Positions 43,910 to 53,673 of a stretch of 62,592 bases of DNA are shown piece after piece. The notes under the pieces were generated by a model. The model saw only the letters and a program-made list of their open reading frames with translations, ran no database searches and had not been told where the DNA came from. Position 1 is the first letter of the stretch. Every line of letters begins with the position of its first letter. A program made the position numbers and the translations under genes. Source of the DNA: Eubacteriales bacterium (GTDB lineage Bacteria; Bacillota; Clostridia; Oscillospirales; CAG-272); NCBI GenBank assembly GCA_045600005.1, contig JAZRXB010000296.1, forward strand, positions 1-62,592, given 5' to 3'.

Positions 43910-44907
43910 CTTGCGAAGCCTCCCGCGTCCTTTTCCGCCGCGTCGCGCGCAAGGAGCGACCAGCGGGTGACTTCGACCGCGCTGGCGGCGCTCATGCCGA
44001 GCGTGCTTTCACCGCCTTCGATCACGTTCAGGAAATCGGCGAAGATGTCCTCTGCCGGAGGAAGCGGCAGCTCGGTCTTTCCGCCCGCTTCGTCGGAGAG
44101 CAGGAAAGCGGCGCCGTCGGTGATCTCCAAGATCCCCTTCGTGCCGACGAGCCGCACACGGTCGTCGCCGTGCGCCGCGGCGGATGCAGGGCGGTACATA
44201 TCGGCGGTAACGGTCGCGATAACGCCGTTCGTCATGCCGAACAGCGCGGCGGCGGTGATGTCCATGTCGCCGTTGTCCCCGTTTTCAAGAGCGGAATGGC
44301 GGGCGGCGACCTCCGTGTAAATTTCGCCGGACAGCCACTGCATCCAGTCGACCGCGTGAATGGCGACCCACGGAAGGATGCCGCAGTAGGTTTCACGGGA
44401 ACCGTAAAAGGCGGGACGTTTGCCGAGCTTGTAGGACTTGCGGGAATCCATCAGGCGGATCTTTCCGATTTTTCCGTCCTCGACCGCTTTTTTCACCGCG
44501 AGGAACGCGGGTTCATTGCGCGTGCCGAACATGGCGGCGAACTTTGCCCCGGATCCGCCGATCGCTTTTTCAAGCGCTTCGAGCGAAGCGAGGTCGGCGG
44601 CGACCGGCTTTTCCGAGAAGACGTGGATGCCGCGTTTCAGCGCTTCGATAGACACGTCGGCGCATTCGTTGAACCACGGATTGACAATGGCGAGATCGGG
44701 CTTTTCGGCGTCGAGCATTTCGCGCCAGTCTCCGTAGAGCTTAGGACCGAAGCCGCGCTTCTGCAATCCGGCGAGCGCGCCGGCGGTTTTTTCGGCTTCC
44801 AGACCCGCGCTGCCGCAGGAGAGGGCGGCGAAGTCGTGTCCCTTCGCCCTGATGGCGGCATAGGCATAAAAGGCGTGACCCGCCGTGCCGATCTGTACGA
44901 TTTTCAT
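43906..44907 (-). CDS. Gfo/Idh/MocA-family oxidoreductase
   Basis: MKIVQIGTAGHA Rossmann start after RBS GGAGAAG, and the SEKPVA motif. Its stop overlaps the ymdB start by 4 nt. Confidence 0.85.
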   Translation of the reverse strand: MKIVQIGTAGHAFYAYAAIRAKGHDFAALSCGSAGLEAEKTAGALAGLQKRGFGPKLYGDWREMLDAEKPDLAIVNPWFNECADVSIEALKRGIHVFSEKPVAADLASLEALEKAIGGSGAKFAAMFGTRNEPAFLAVKKAVEDGKIGKIRLMDSRKSYKLGKRPAFYGSRETYCGILPWVAIHAVDWMQWLSGEIYTEVAARHSALENGDNGDMDITAAALFGMTNGVIATVTADMYRPASAAAHGDDRVRLVGTKGILEITDGAAFLLSDEAGGKTELPLPPAEDIFADFLNVIEGGESTLGMSAASAVEVTRWSLLARDAAEKDAGGFAR

Positions 44908-44979
44908 GATACTTCTCCGTTTGCCCGACTCCATTGGGGGCGGACATTTCCTTTCATTAAAAATATGGAGGTCCGACGG

Positions 44980-46212
44980 TCAGTTCCCTTTGATCTTCTC
45001 CCAATAGACCTTTGCCGCCTGCTCGGTTTTGTTTGCGCCGAAGGTGTAATAATGCGCGTCCTTCAGGTCGTCGGGCAGATACTGCTGCGGCGTCCAGTCG
45101 TTCGGATAGTCGTGCGGATAGCGGTAGCCCTTGAAATCCGGGCTTTGCAGGTGCGTCGGGACGAGCTGTCCGAGCCCCTTCTGAATATCCGCGGCTGCCG
45201 CGCCGTAAGCGGCATAAGCGGTGTTCGATTTCGGCGCGGTGGCGAGAAGAACGGCCGCGTTGACCAGCGGGATGCGCGCTTCCGGCATTCCGAGCTCTCT
45301 CGCGCTTTCGACGCAGGCGCGGGTGACGACCGCCGCCATCGGATAGGCAAGCCCGATATCCTCGCTTGCAATGACCTGCAGACGGCGGCAGGCGGACAGA
45401 AGGTCGCCGCCTTCCAGGATCTTCGCCAGATAGAAGACCGCCGCGTCCGGGTCGGAGCCGCGGATGGATTTCTGGAGACAGGAGAGCAGATCGTAGTGAA
45501 CGTCTCCCGCACGGTCGAAGCTGCCCAATACCTTCGGCGTCAGGCTGTCGACAAGCTCGCAGGACAGCACACCGTCCCCGCTTTCGGCAAGACAGAACGC
45601 GCTTTCCAGCAGTCCCAGACTGCGGCGCACGTCTCCCGCTCCCGCGTGAGCCAGCTTTTCGAGCGCGCCTTCGCCGAAGGTCACCTCGCGCAGCGCGTCC
45701 GTATTCAGCTCGTTCATCGCGCGGGTCAGCGCGCCTTCGGTCTCAGCCGGAGAGACCGGCTTGAACTCAAAGACGACAGAGCGGGAAATAATGGCGTTAT
45801 AAATGGAAAAATAGGGATTTTCCGTCGTCGAGGCGATGAGCGTGATGCGCCCGTCCTCGATGTATTCGAGCAGCGACTGCTGCTGTTTTTTGTTGAAATA
45901 CTGGATCTCGTCGAGATACAGCAGGATCCCGCCCGCGCCGAACAGCGTGCCGGTCTCGTCGATGACCTGCTTCACGTCGGCAAGCGACGCGGTGGTCGCG
46001 TTCAGACGGCGCAGCGTCATGCCGGACTGCGCGGCGACGATCCCGGCGGCGGTCGTTTTTCCGGTCCCGGGCGGACCGAAGAAGATCATGTTGGAGATCC
46101 GTCCGGACTCCACCATCCGGCGAAGGACACCGTTCGGTCCGATCAGTTCCTTCTGACCGACCATTTCGTCAAAGCCGGTCGGACGGACCCGGTCGGCAAG
46201 AGGTCTGTTCAT
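44980..46212 (-). CDS. rarA: replication-associated recombination protein A (RarA/MgsA AAA+ ATPase)
   Basis: RVRPTGFDEMVGQKEL, Walker A GPPGTGKTT, Walker B LYLDEIQYFNKKQQ. ATG 46212 is used; the track ORF runs on into proB. Confidence 0.92.
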   Translation of the reverse strand: MNRPLADRVRPTGFDEMVGQKELIGPNGVLRRMVESGRISNMIFFGPPGTGKTTAAGIVAAQSGMTLRRLNATTASLADVKQVIDETGTLFGAGGILLYLDEIQYFNKKQQQSLLEYIEDGRITLIASTTENPYFSIYNAIISRSVVFEFKPVSPAETEGALTRAMNELNTDALREVTFGEGALEKLAHAGAGDVRRSLGLLESAFCLAESGDGVLSCELVDSLTPKVLGSFDRAGDVHYDLLSCLQKSIRGSDPDAAVFYLAKILEGGDLLSACRRLQVIASEDIGLAYPMAAVVTRACVESARELGMPEARIPLVNAAVLLATAPKSNTAYAAYGAAAADIQKGLGQLVPTHLQSPDFKGYRYPHDYPNDWTPQQYLPDDLKDAHYYTFGANKTEQAAKVYWEKIKGN

Positions 46213-46247
46213 CGAATAAGCTCTCCTTAACGTATGGACGGGACAGG

Positions 46248-47039
46248 TCAGACCTTCTGCGCGGCGAAATACGTGCCGATATGTCTGCCGTCGCTGATCT
46301 CGTAGAGGACCGACGGATCCTTGCCGTTGACGATCAGCATCGGGATGCCGGCTTTCGTCACGATCTCCGCCGCCTTGATCTTGGTGATCATACCGCCCGT
46401 ACCGCGGTCGGTTCCCGCGCCGGAAGCGTAGGAAAGGACGGTCTCGTTGATCTCGTCCACGCGGTCGATCAGGCGCGCGTCGGAGTTCCTTCGCGGATCG
46501 CAGTCGTAAAGCCCGTCGATATCCGACATATTGATGAGCAGCTGTGCGCCGCAGACGAGCGCGACGTAGGCGGAAAGCGTGTCGTTGCCGCCGAACTGGA
46601 TCTCTTCGCTCGACACCGAGTCGTTTTCGTTGACGATCGGGACGACGCCGAATTTCAGCAGCTCCTTGAAGGTGCTTTCGCACGAGAGTCTGCGCGCGGG
46701 AACGTCGATGACGTCCTTCGTCATCAGGATCTGCGCGACGCTGTGACCGTAGGCGGCGAAAAGACGCTCGTAGATCTGCATCAGTTCCGCCTGACCGACG
46801 GCGGCGAGCGCCTGCTTTTCCTCGGTGGAGGAAGGACGGCGGGTCAGTCCCATTTTGGCGATGCCGGTCTGGACCGCGCCGGAGCTGACCAGCACGATCT
46901 CATGTCCGGCGTTGCGGAAATCGGACAGGATGCGGACGAGATTTTCCATCCGGCGAAGATCGAGACTGCCGGTGGCGTGGGTCAGGGTGTTGGAACCGAC
47001 CTTGACGACGATGCGGGATTTCCGATTCAAGAGACTCAT
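46248..47039 (-). CDS. proB: glutamate 5-kinase (short form, no PUA domain)
   Basis: SRIVVKVGSNTLTH, VLVSSGAV and GNDTLSA motifs. ATG 47039 is used. Confidence 0.93.
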   Translation of the reverse strand: MSLLNRKSRIVVKVGSNTLTHATGSLDLRRMENLVRILSDFRNAGHEIVLVSSGAVQTGIAKMGLTRRPSSTEEKQALAAVGQAELMQIYERLFAAYGHSVAQILMTKDVIDVPARRLSCESTFKELLKFGVVPIVNENDSVSSEEIQFGGNDTLSAYVALVCGAQLLINMSDIDGLYDCDPRRNSDARLIDRVDEINETVLSYASGAGTDRGTGGMITKIKAAEIVTKAGIPMLIVNGKDPSVLYEISDGRHIGTYFAAQKV

Positions 47040-47226
47040 GTTACTTCTCCAAAATATCTGAATTGTGAATAATTCCGTTTTTTTCTCAAAAATTTTACAG
47101 ATAGGGCTTTTCAAACGAAGTATTTTATATTATAATAAAATACGGGTCGTTCTGCACCCTTCTATTATAGCGTGCCGCGGCCGAAATTGCAAGACCAAAC
47201 AAGGAAAAAAGATCGGATTTTCAGGG

Positions 47227-49338
47227 ATGAACGACATAAAATTGAGAAAACCGGAGCTGCTCGCTCCCTGCGGCTCCCCGCAGGCGCTCGACGCCGCCAT
47301 AGCGGCCGGGGCGGACGCGGTTTATTTCGGCGGTTCGCTGTTCAACGCGCGGATGAACGCGCAGAATTTCGGCGGCGGCGCGATGGCGGAAGCGATCGGA
47401 AAATGTCACGCTTCGGGTGTGAAAACCAACGTCACGCTGAACACGCTGATCCACGACAGGGAAATGCCCGACGTGCTTCGGTACGCGGAACAGCTGTACC
47501 TGTCCGGCGCGGACGCGCTGATCGTCGCCGACCTCGGCGCGGCGATGCTGATCCACCGGTATTTCCCGGATCTCGAGCTTCACGCCAGCACACAGACGGC
47601 GGGACACAACGTCTTTGCCGCGCAGGAGCTGCAAAAGCTCGGCTTCACCCGCATGGTGGCGGCGAGAGAGCTGTCTTTCGGCGATCTTAAAACGCTCTGC
47701 CGGAACTCGCCGCTCGAAACCGAGCTGTTCATTCACGGCGCGATCTGCGTGTCGCAGTCGGGTCAGTGTCTGGCAAGCTCGCTGATCGGCGGACGGAGCG
47801 GCAATCGCGGCGAATGCGCACAGCCCTGCCGTCTGCCCTACACGGCGTGCGGCGGATGCGCAAAGGCGCGTCCGACCTATGCGCTGAGCCTGAAGGATAT
47901 GTGTCTCGCGGAGCATATCACGGACATTCTGACGCTCGGCGCGGCGTCGCTCAAGATCGAGGGACGGATGAAATCGCCCGATTACGTGTACGGCGTGACG
48001 TCGGTCTACCGCCGTCTGCTCGATGAGGAACGGAACGCCTCAAAGGAAGAGATCGCCGAGCTGCGCGCACTGTTCTCACGAAGCGGTTTTACCGACGGTT
48101 ATTTCGTGAAAAAGGTCGGCTCGCAGATGCTCGGCGTGCGCACCGACGCGGACAAGGCGCAGAGCGCGCCGTCGGGACGCGATTATCATAAGCTCGCGGA
48201 AGAGAAAAAGAAGGATGACCGCCGGGAAGCGGCGCTGGAAGCGCGGATCCTGACCGGGCGGCCGTCCGAGCTGACCATGACGGCGGACGGGGTCTCCGTG
48301 ACCGTCTTCGGCGCGGTCCCTGAAACGGCGCAGAACCGTCCGCTGACCGTCGAGTCGGCGGAGAAGAATCTGACAAAGCTCGGCGGAACGCCGTTCTTTG
48401 CAGGAAAGATCACGGTAACGCTGGACGACGGGCTGATGCTGCCGGCTTCGGCGCTGAACGCGCTGCGCCGCGATGCCGCCGACCGTCTGACCGAAGCGCT
48501 CGCGGACGAAAAAAAGCCGTCCGGACGGACGCATCGGCTTCCCGAAACGGTCGACCGGGCGGATCACCGTCCGCCGAAGCCGCTTCGGACGGCGCGTGTG
48601 CAGACGGCTTCGCAGATCGCTCCGGTGAGCGGCGAATTCGATCTCGTCTTCTGCCCGCTCGAACGGTTTGACCTCGAAGAAGCGGACGGGAAGACCGGCG
48701 TGCTTCTGCCGCCGGTGATCTTCGATTCGTCGCTGGACACCGTGCGTGGAATGCTGGCAAAGGCAGCGAACGCCGGTGTGCGTCACGCGCTGGTGTCCAA
48801 TCCCGGTCATCTTAAGCTGGCAGTCGAAGCGGGGATGATCCCCCACGGCGATTTCCGGCTGAACGTGTACAATGCCTATACCTGCGAAGCGCTCGCTTCG
48901 CTCGGATTCGCCGATCTCATGGCGTCGCCCGAACTGACGCTTCCGCAGCTGCGGGACCTCGGACTTTCGGCGGTGATATACGGACGGATCCCGCTGATGG
49001 TGCTGGAAAAATGCGTTATCCGCGACCTGTACGGCTGTGAAAAGTGCGGCGCGGAGGGCTTCCTGCCCTTAAAGGACCGGAAGGGGATCGAGTTCCCGCT
49101 GGTGCGGACGTGGGAGCATCGGAACATTCTTTACAACAGCGTGCCGGTCTATATGGCGGACCGGCAGGACGAACTGACAAAATACCGGATCACCGGCGGA
49201 CACTTCATCTTTTCGGATGAGACCGGTCGGGAGATCGGGCGGATGCTCGACGCATACCGCCGCCAGACGGCTCCGACCGGTCCGGTGAGACGAATCGCCG
49301 CGAAGACCGCTCTGCCGGGCGAAAAGAACGGAAAATAA
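47227..49338 (+). CDS. peptidase U32-family protein, long form (703 aa)
   Basis: ELLAPCGSPQALDAAIAAGADAVYFGG and LKIEGRMKSPDYV, plus a Cys cluster CVSQSGQC...GECAQPCR. ATG 47227 is used. Confidence 0.88.
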   Translation: MNDIKLRKPELLAPCGSPQALDAAIAAGADAVYFGGSLFNARMNAQNFGGGAMAEAIGKCHASGVKTNVTLNTLIHDREMPDVLRYAEQLYLSGADALIVADLGAAMLIHRYFPDLELHASTQTAGHNVFAAQELQKLGFTRMVAARELSFGDLKTLCRNSPLETELFIHGAICVSQSGQCLASSLIGGRSGNRGECAQPCRLPYTACGGCAKARPTYALSLKDMCLAEHITDILTLGAASLKIEGRMKSPDYVYGVTSVYRRLLDEERNASKEEIAELRALFSRSGFTDGYFVKKVGSQMLGVRTDADKAQSAPSGRDYHKLAEEKKKDDRREAALEARILTGRPSELTMTADGVSVTVFGAVPETAQNRPLTVESAEKNLTKLGGTPFFAGKITVTLDDGLMLPASALNALRRDAADRLTEALADEKKPSGRTHRLPETVDRADHRPPKPLRTARVQTASQIAPVSGEFDLVFCPLERFDLEEADGKTGVLLPPVIFDSSLDTVRGMLAKAANAGVRHALVSNPGHLKLAVEAGMIPHGDFRLNVYNAYTCEALASLGFADLMASPELTLPQLRDLGLSAVIYGRIPLMVLEKCVIRDLYGCEKCGAEGFLPLKDRKGIEFPLVRTWEHRNILYNSVPVYMADRQDELTKYRITGGHFIFSDETGREIGRMLDAYRRQTAPTGPVRRIAAKTALPGEKNGK

Positions 49339-49342
49339 ATGT

Positions 49343-49792
49343 ATGAATGAACTTACGGTAAAAATCAAACGGGTGCGGGAGAACGTCCCGCTGCCCGCCT
49401 ACGAAACCGACGGGGCGGCGGCGCTCGATCTGCGCTCTGCCGCGGATAGACCGATCACCGTCAGACCGGGCGAAACAGTCCGGGTCCCGACCGGGATCGC
49501 GCTTGCGCCCGAAACGGTTGGCGTGGTCGCGGTGCTGTGCGCACGGAGCGGTCTGGCGGCGAAGCACGGGTTGACGCTCGTCAACGGCATCGGCGTCATC
49601 GACAGCGACTACCGGGGCGAGATCGCGGCGGCACTCGTCAATCTCGGCGGAGAAGCCTATACGGTCGAGCCGGGCGAGCGGGTCGCGCAGCTGATGTTCC
49701 TGCCGGTTCTGCACGCGAAGCTGCTGGAAGTGCAGACACTCGATGAGACGGCGCGCGGCGAAGGCGGCTTCGGCTCCACGGGTCGGGTATGA
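49343..49792 (+). CDS. dut: dUTP diphosphatase
   Basis: ARSGLAAKHGL, GVIDSDYRGEI and RGEGGFGSTG motifs. Confidence 0.95.
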   Translation: MNELTVKIKRVRENVPLPAYETDGAAALDLRSAADRPITVRPGETVRVPTGIALAPETVGVVAVLCARSGLAAKHGLTLVNGIGVIDSDYRGEIAAALVNLGGEAYTVEPGERVAQLMFLPVLHAKLLEVQTLDETARGEGGFGSTGRV

Positions 49793-49831
49793 GAGAAAAA
49801 TCCGAAGAAAAGCGGGAAAGAGAGGAAAGCC

Positions 49832-51952
49832 GTGGCGATAATGTTTGATACGCCGGTGCAGTATCTGCGCGGCGTGGGAGAAGCGCGCGCGAAATCGCTC
49901 GAAAAGCTGGGGATCACGACGGTCGGACAGCTGCTCCTTCATTTTCCGCGCGGCTACGAGTTCCGCGGCAATGTGAAGCCGCTGGCGGGAGTCGTTCCCG
50001 GCGAGGTGGCGTCCTTCATCATGACGGCGGCGACCGAGGTGCAGAATGTGACGCTCCGGCGCGGCATGGTGATGGGAAAGCTGCGCGCGTTCGACGATTC
50101 CGCCGCCTGCGAGGTCACGTTCTTCAATCAGCCTTATATGAAGGATACGATCGAGCAGGGAGGCGTATACCGCTTTTACGGTCGGCTGACCGCCGAGAGG
50201 GGACGTTTTCAGCTGTCCTCTCCCGTCGTCGAACCGGTCGTTGAGGGAAAGAAGCTGCCCGCGCTGGTCGCGGTCTATCCGCTGACGGCGGGCGTGACGC
50301 GGAATCTGCTCACCAAGCTGATCTCCACCGCGCTCGAAATGCTCGTGATGCAGTCCGAGACCTCGCCGGACGCGCTGCCGGAGCTGCTTCCCGCGAAGGT
50401 CAGGAGCGAAAACAATCTCTGCACGATCGCCTACGCGCTGACCAACATTCATTTCCCGCCCGATTTCGAGACGCTTGCCATTGCGAAACGGCGGCTGATC
50501 TTTGAGGAGCTTTACCGCTTTGCGCTCGGCGCGGGAAAGCGGAAGGAGGACGACCGGTCAGCGCCGGTGATGCGCGACCGTGACGTTTCGCCGCTGACCG
50601 ATCAGCTGCCCTATCGGCTGACCGGAGCGCAGGAGCGCGCGATCCGGGAGATCGCGGACGATCTGGCGCTCGGAAGACCCATGCGCCGACTGGTGTCGGG
50701 CGACGTGGGGAGCGGCAAGACGGTCGTCGCGGCTGCCGCCGCTTATCTCACGGCGAAGAACGGCTGTCAGTGCGCGATGATGGCGCCGACCGAGATCCTG
50801 GCCGCGCAGCATTACGGCGATCTTGCGCCGCTGTTTGCTGAGCTGGGGCTGGAATGCCGTCTGCTGACCGGCTCGACGAAGGCGTCCGAACGGAAGGCGA
50901 TCCTCGCCGGGCTTGCGGACGGAAGCATTCATCTTGTGATCGGCACGCACGCGCTGATCACCGACGACGTGGCGTTTGAATCGCTGGGACTTGTGATCTG
51001 CGACGAGCAGCACCGGTTCGGCGTGGGACAGCGCGAGGCGCTGCTCGCCAAGACGCGCTTTGAAGCCTGCCACCAGCTGTCGATGAGCGCGACGCCGATC
51101 CCGCGCACGATGGCGATGTTCCTGTACGGCGACCTTGCGATGTCGGTGCTGGACGAGCTTCCGCCCGGCCGTCAGAAGGTCGAGACCTTCGTGGTGAACG
51201 AGGGGTATCGGGAGCGGCTGAACCGCTTCATCGTGAAGCAGAAGGACGAGGGACATCAGGTCTACGTCGTCTGTCCCGCAGTCGAGGAGGTCGAGGACGG
51301 CGAGCTGACGCAGGAGGATATCCGTCTGCTCGGCGACGAGCCGACCGAACCGAAGCTCCCGCTGAAAGCGGCGACCGTCTGGGCGGAGGAGCTGGCGGAA
51401 GCGCTGCCCGGCGTGAAGGTCGGATGCGTACACGGAAAGATGAAAGGCGCGGACAAGGACGCCGTGATGAAGGCGTTCGCCGCAGGCGAGCTGGACGTGC
51501 TGGTCTCCACGACCGTGATCGAGGTCGGCGTGAACGTACCGAACGCGACGCTGATGCTGATCGAGAACGCCGAACGGTTCGGTCTGTCACAGCTGCATCA
51601 GCTGCGCGGACGGGTCGGACGCGGAAAGGCGAAGTCCTACTGCGTGCTGGTGTCCGACGCGAAGGGCGAGAACGCAAAGGAACGGCTCGAGGTCATGCGC
51701 ACGACGGGCGACGGCTTTAAGATCGCCGAATACGACCTGTCCGAGCGCGGACCGGGCGACTTCCTGCCGAGAGCAGACGTGGGCGCGGTGCGTCAGCACG
51801 GAGAGATCCGCTTCCGTCTCGCAAATCTGTGCGGAGATATGAAATTACTGGAAGCTGCGGTCGCGGCGGCAAAGGAAACGCTTGAGAGAGATGCTCTGCC
51901 GGAAAAACAGAACCGGCAGACTGACAGGGGAAAGGAACCGAACAACGGATGA
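49832..51952 (+). CDS. recG: ATP-dependent DNA helicase RecG
   Basis: Wedge domain plus helicase motifs GDVGSGKT, DEQHRFG and QLHQLRGRVGRG. GTG start 6 nt after GAGAGG. Confidence 0.95.
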   Translation: MAIMFDTPVQYLRGVGEARAKSLEKLGITTVGQLLLHFPRGYEFRGNVKPLAGVVPGEVASFIMTAATEVQNVTLRRGMVMGKLRAFDDSAACEVTFFNQPYMKDTIEQGGVYRFYGRLTAERGRFQLSSPVVEPVVEGKKLPALVAVYPLTAGVTRNLLTKLISTALEMLVMQSETSPDALPELLPAKVRSENNLCTIAYALTNIHFPPDFETLAIAKRRLIFEELYRFALGAGKRKEDDRSAPVMRDRDVSPLTDQLPYRLTGAQERAIREIADDLALGRPMRRLVSGDVGSGKTVVAAAAAYLTAKNGCQCAMMAPTEILAAQHYGDLAPLFAELGLECRLLTGSTKASERKAILAGLADGSIHLVIGTHALITDDVAFESLGLVICDEQHRFGVGQREALLAKTRFEACHQLSMSATPIPRTMAMFLYGDLAMSVLDELPPGRQKVETFVVNEGYRERLNRFIVKQKDEGHQVYVVCPAVEEVEDGELTQEDIRLLGDEPTEPKLPLKAATVWAEELAEALPGVKVGCVHGKMKGADKDAVMKAFAAGELDVLVSTTVIEVGVNVPNATLMLIENAERFGLSQLHQLRGRVGRGKAKSYCVLVSDAKGENAKERLEVMRTTGDGFKIAEYDLSERGPGDFLPRADVGAVRQHGEIRFRLANLCGDMKLLEAAVAAAKETLERDALPEKQNRQTDRGKEPNNG

Positions 51953-52536
51953 AACGAAGCATTATTCTGGCTTCCGGCTCGCCGCGCCGGCGCGAGCTGC
52001 TCGCCATGATCGGCGCGGACTATACGGTGCGCTGCGCCGACTGCGATGAGAACTGCGCGCTCGCCGACCCGCGGGAATACGTGAAGGAGCTGGCGCTGCG
52101 AAAGGCAAGGGCTGCCGCGGCGCTGTCGGCAGAGGAAATGGAGAACGGCGCTCTCGTACTCGGCGCGGACACGGTGGTTTACGACGGGGCGAGGATCCTC
52201 GGCAAGCCGTCCGGACGGGAGGAAGCGGTCGAGACCGTATTGTCTCTGGCAGGACGGGAGCATTCCGTTTTTACCGGCGTCGCGCTGGTCGGACGGGAAG
52301 GCTTCGCCGCCGACGCGGTGGAGACGAAGGTGCGGTTCGGGGACATTTCCCGCGCCGAGGCGGAACGCTACGCCGCGACCGGTGAACCGCTCGACAAGGC
52401 GGGAAGCTACGGCATTCAGGGGATCGGCGGCGTTTTCGTGACCTCGCTGACAGGAGATTATTACAATGTGGTCGGTCTGCCGGTCGCAAGACTGCGCGTC
52501 ATGCTCGCCGAACGGTTCGGCTGCGAGCTGTTCTGA
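51949..52536 (+). CDS. maf: Maf-family nucleoside triphosphate pyrophosphatase
   Basis: IILASGSPRRRELL and DKAGSYGIQG motifs. ATGA overlap with the recG stop. Confidence 0.93.
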   Translation: MKRSIILASGSPRRRELLAMIGADYTVRCADCDENCALADPREYVKELALRKARAAAALSAEEMENGALVLGADTVVYDGARILGKPSGREEAVETVLSLAGREHSVFTGVALVGREGFAADAVETKVRFGDISRAEAERYAATGEPLDKAGSYGIQGIGGVFVTSLTGDYYNVVGLPVARLRVMLAERFGCELF

Positions 52537-52566
52537 CCGGTCTGACGGAAGGAAAGGTGAAGTCAG

Positions 52567-53526
52567 ATGGCTGTTACCATTGGTCTTGATCTGGGAAACG
52601 ACAATACCCGCATCTGTCTTGCGGGAGAAGGGATCATTCTGAACGAACCGTCGGTCGCGGCGGTGGACGCGGAAGGAAACGTCCTCTCGGTCGGCAGACG
52701 GGCGCTGCTCACGGCGTCGCGCGCGCCGGGAACGGTGACGCTGCGCAGACCGCTCGAAAACGGCGTGATCTCCGACTTTGATCTGACGGCAGAGGTATTG
52801 GACCGCTTTCTCGAAACGGCGGTCCCGCGGACGCGCAAGAACGTCATTGCGGCGGTCCGCTGCGGGCTGGGACGCGAATCGCGCGACCTCTTATTCGACG
52901 CGCTGGACGATTGCAGCACGGGAAAGATCAGTCTGATCGAATCGCCGCTCTGCGCGGCAAAGTATTTCGGGCTGCGTCCGGACGGAGACGGCGGACGGGA
53001 CGGCGCGATCCTCTGCGACGTCGGTGCGGACGGGACCGAAGCGGTCTATCTGCGCGGCAGGGATTTTTTGCGGGTCGTCAACGGCTTCCCCGGCGGAAAC
53101 GGCGCGGACAGCTCCATACGCGACCGTCTGCGCAGAAAATACGGGCTGGTCGTCTCACCCGAAAGCGCACGGGAGGCAAAGCACCGGCTCGACCTGACCT
53201 CTGCCGACCGGCAGCCGGTCACGATGCGGGGACTTGACGCGGCGACGGGAATGCCGAAACAGACGGAGATCCCGCTCACCGATCTTCTGAACGGCGCCGC
53301 GCCGCAGATCATCGGACCGAAGCAGTGCCTCGAACGTCTGCTGACCAATCTGCCGAAGCAGGGCGGAACGGAATCGGTGGCGGAGAAGATCTATCTGTAC
53401 GGCGGCGGTGTGTCGCTGCCGGGAGCGGGACGTTATATCGGCGCCAAGCTCGAACGCGGGATCACCTTGGCGGAACAGCCCGGAACGGCTGTGATCGCCG
53501 GACTTCAGGCGCTGCTTGAAGAATGA
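52567..53526 (+). CDS. divergent MreB/actin-like ATPase
   Basis: Collinear with MreB: GLDLGNDNT (phosphate 1), NEPSVAAV, RRPLENGVISDFD, LCDVGADGTEAV (phosphate 2, degenerate), YLYGGGVSLPG and AEQPGTAVIAG. Confidence 0.75.
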   Translation: MAVTIGLDLGNDNTRICLAGEGIILNEPSVAAVDAEGNVLSVGRRALLTASRAPGTVTLRRPLENGVISDFDLTAEVLDRFLETAVPRTRKNVIAAVRCGLGRESRDLLFDALDDCSTGKISLIESPLCAAKYFGLRPDGDGGRDGAILCDVGADGTEAVYLRGRDFLRVVNGFPGGNGADSSIRDRLRRKYGLVVSPESAREAKHRLDLTSADRQPVTMRGLDAATGMPKQTEIPLTDLLNGAAPQIIGPKQCLERLLTNLPKQGGTESVAEKIYLYGGGVSLPGAGRYIGAKLERGITLAEQPGTAVIAGLQALLEE

Positions 53527-53558
53527 TCCGCTCCTTCTCAATTTCAGTACATAAGGCA

Positions 53559-53648
53559 ACCTCTAAAAATTCATGAAGAAGAAAAACAAAACCCGATACG
53601 ATGGGTATCGCGTTTTGTTTTTCCACGGATTTTTGAATTTTTAGAGGT
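53559..53648. repeat. 90-nt nested palindrome with three concentric stems
   Basis: Outer stem 15 bp: ACCTCTAAAAATTCA (53559-53573) / TGAATTTTTAGAGGT (53634-53648). Middle stem 12 bp: GAAAAACAAAAC (53581-53592) / GTTTTGTTTTTC (53612-53623). Inner stem CGATAC / GTATCG. Confidence 0.9.
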
Positions 53649-53673
53649 AACCATAAGAAAGGGAAGACCCGAT

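Noticed and set aside
44170-46230. A very long ORF (686 aa, plus strand). Similar long antisense ORFs occur throughout the window, for example 166-1284(-), 1976-2992(-), 10643-12175(-), 28881-30614(-), 33386-34789(+), 40311-41378(-), 56309-57223(+) and 58150-59250(+).
   Set aside because: They are shadow ORFs typical of high-GC DNA. They are Arg/Gly/Ala/Asp-rich with low complexity and no motifs. Each lies opposite a gene with unambiguous family signatures and RBS.
47040-47226. A T-box or other amino-acid-responsive leader for proB or the U32 gene in the AT-rich divergent region. I also looked upstream of proA at 6230-6317.
   Set aside because: I found no T-box core (AGGGTGGTACCGCG-like), no specifier/terminator architecture and no convincing promoter. 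Nothing is called.
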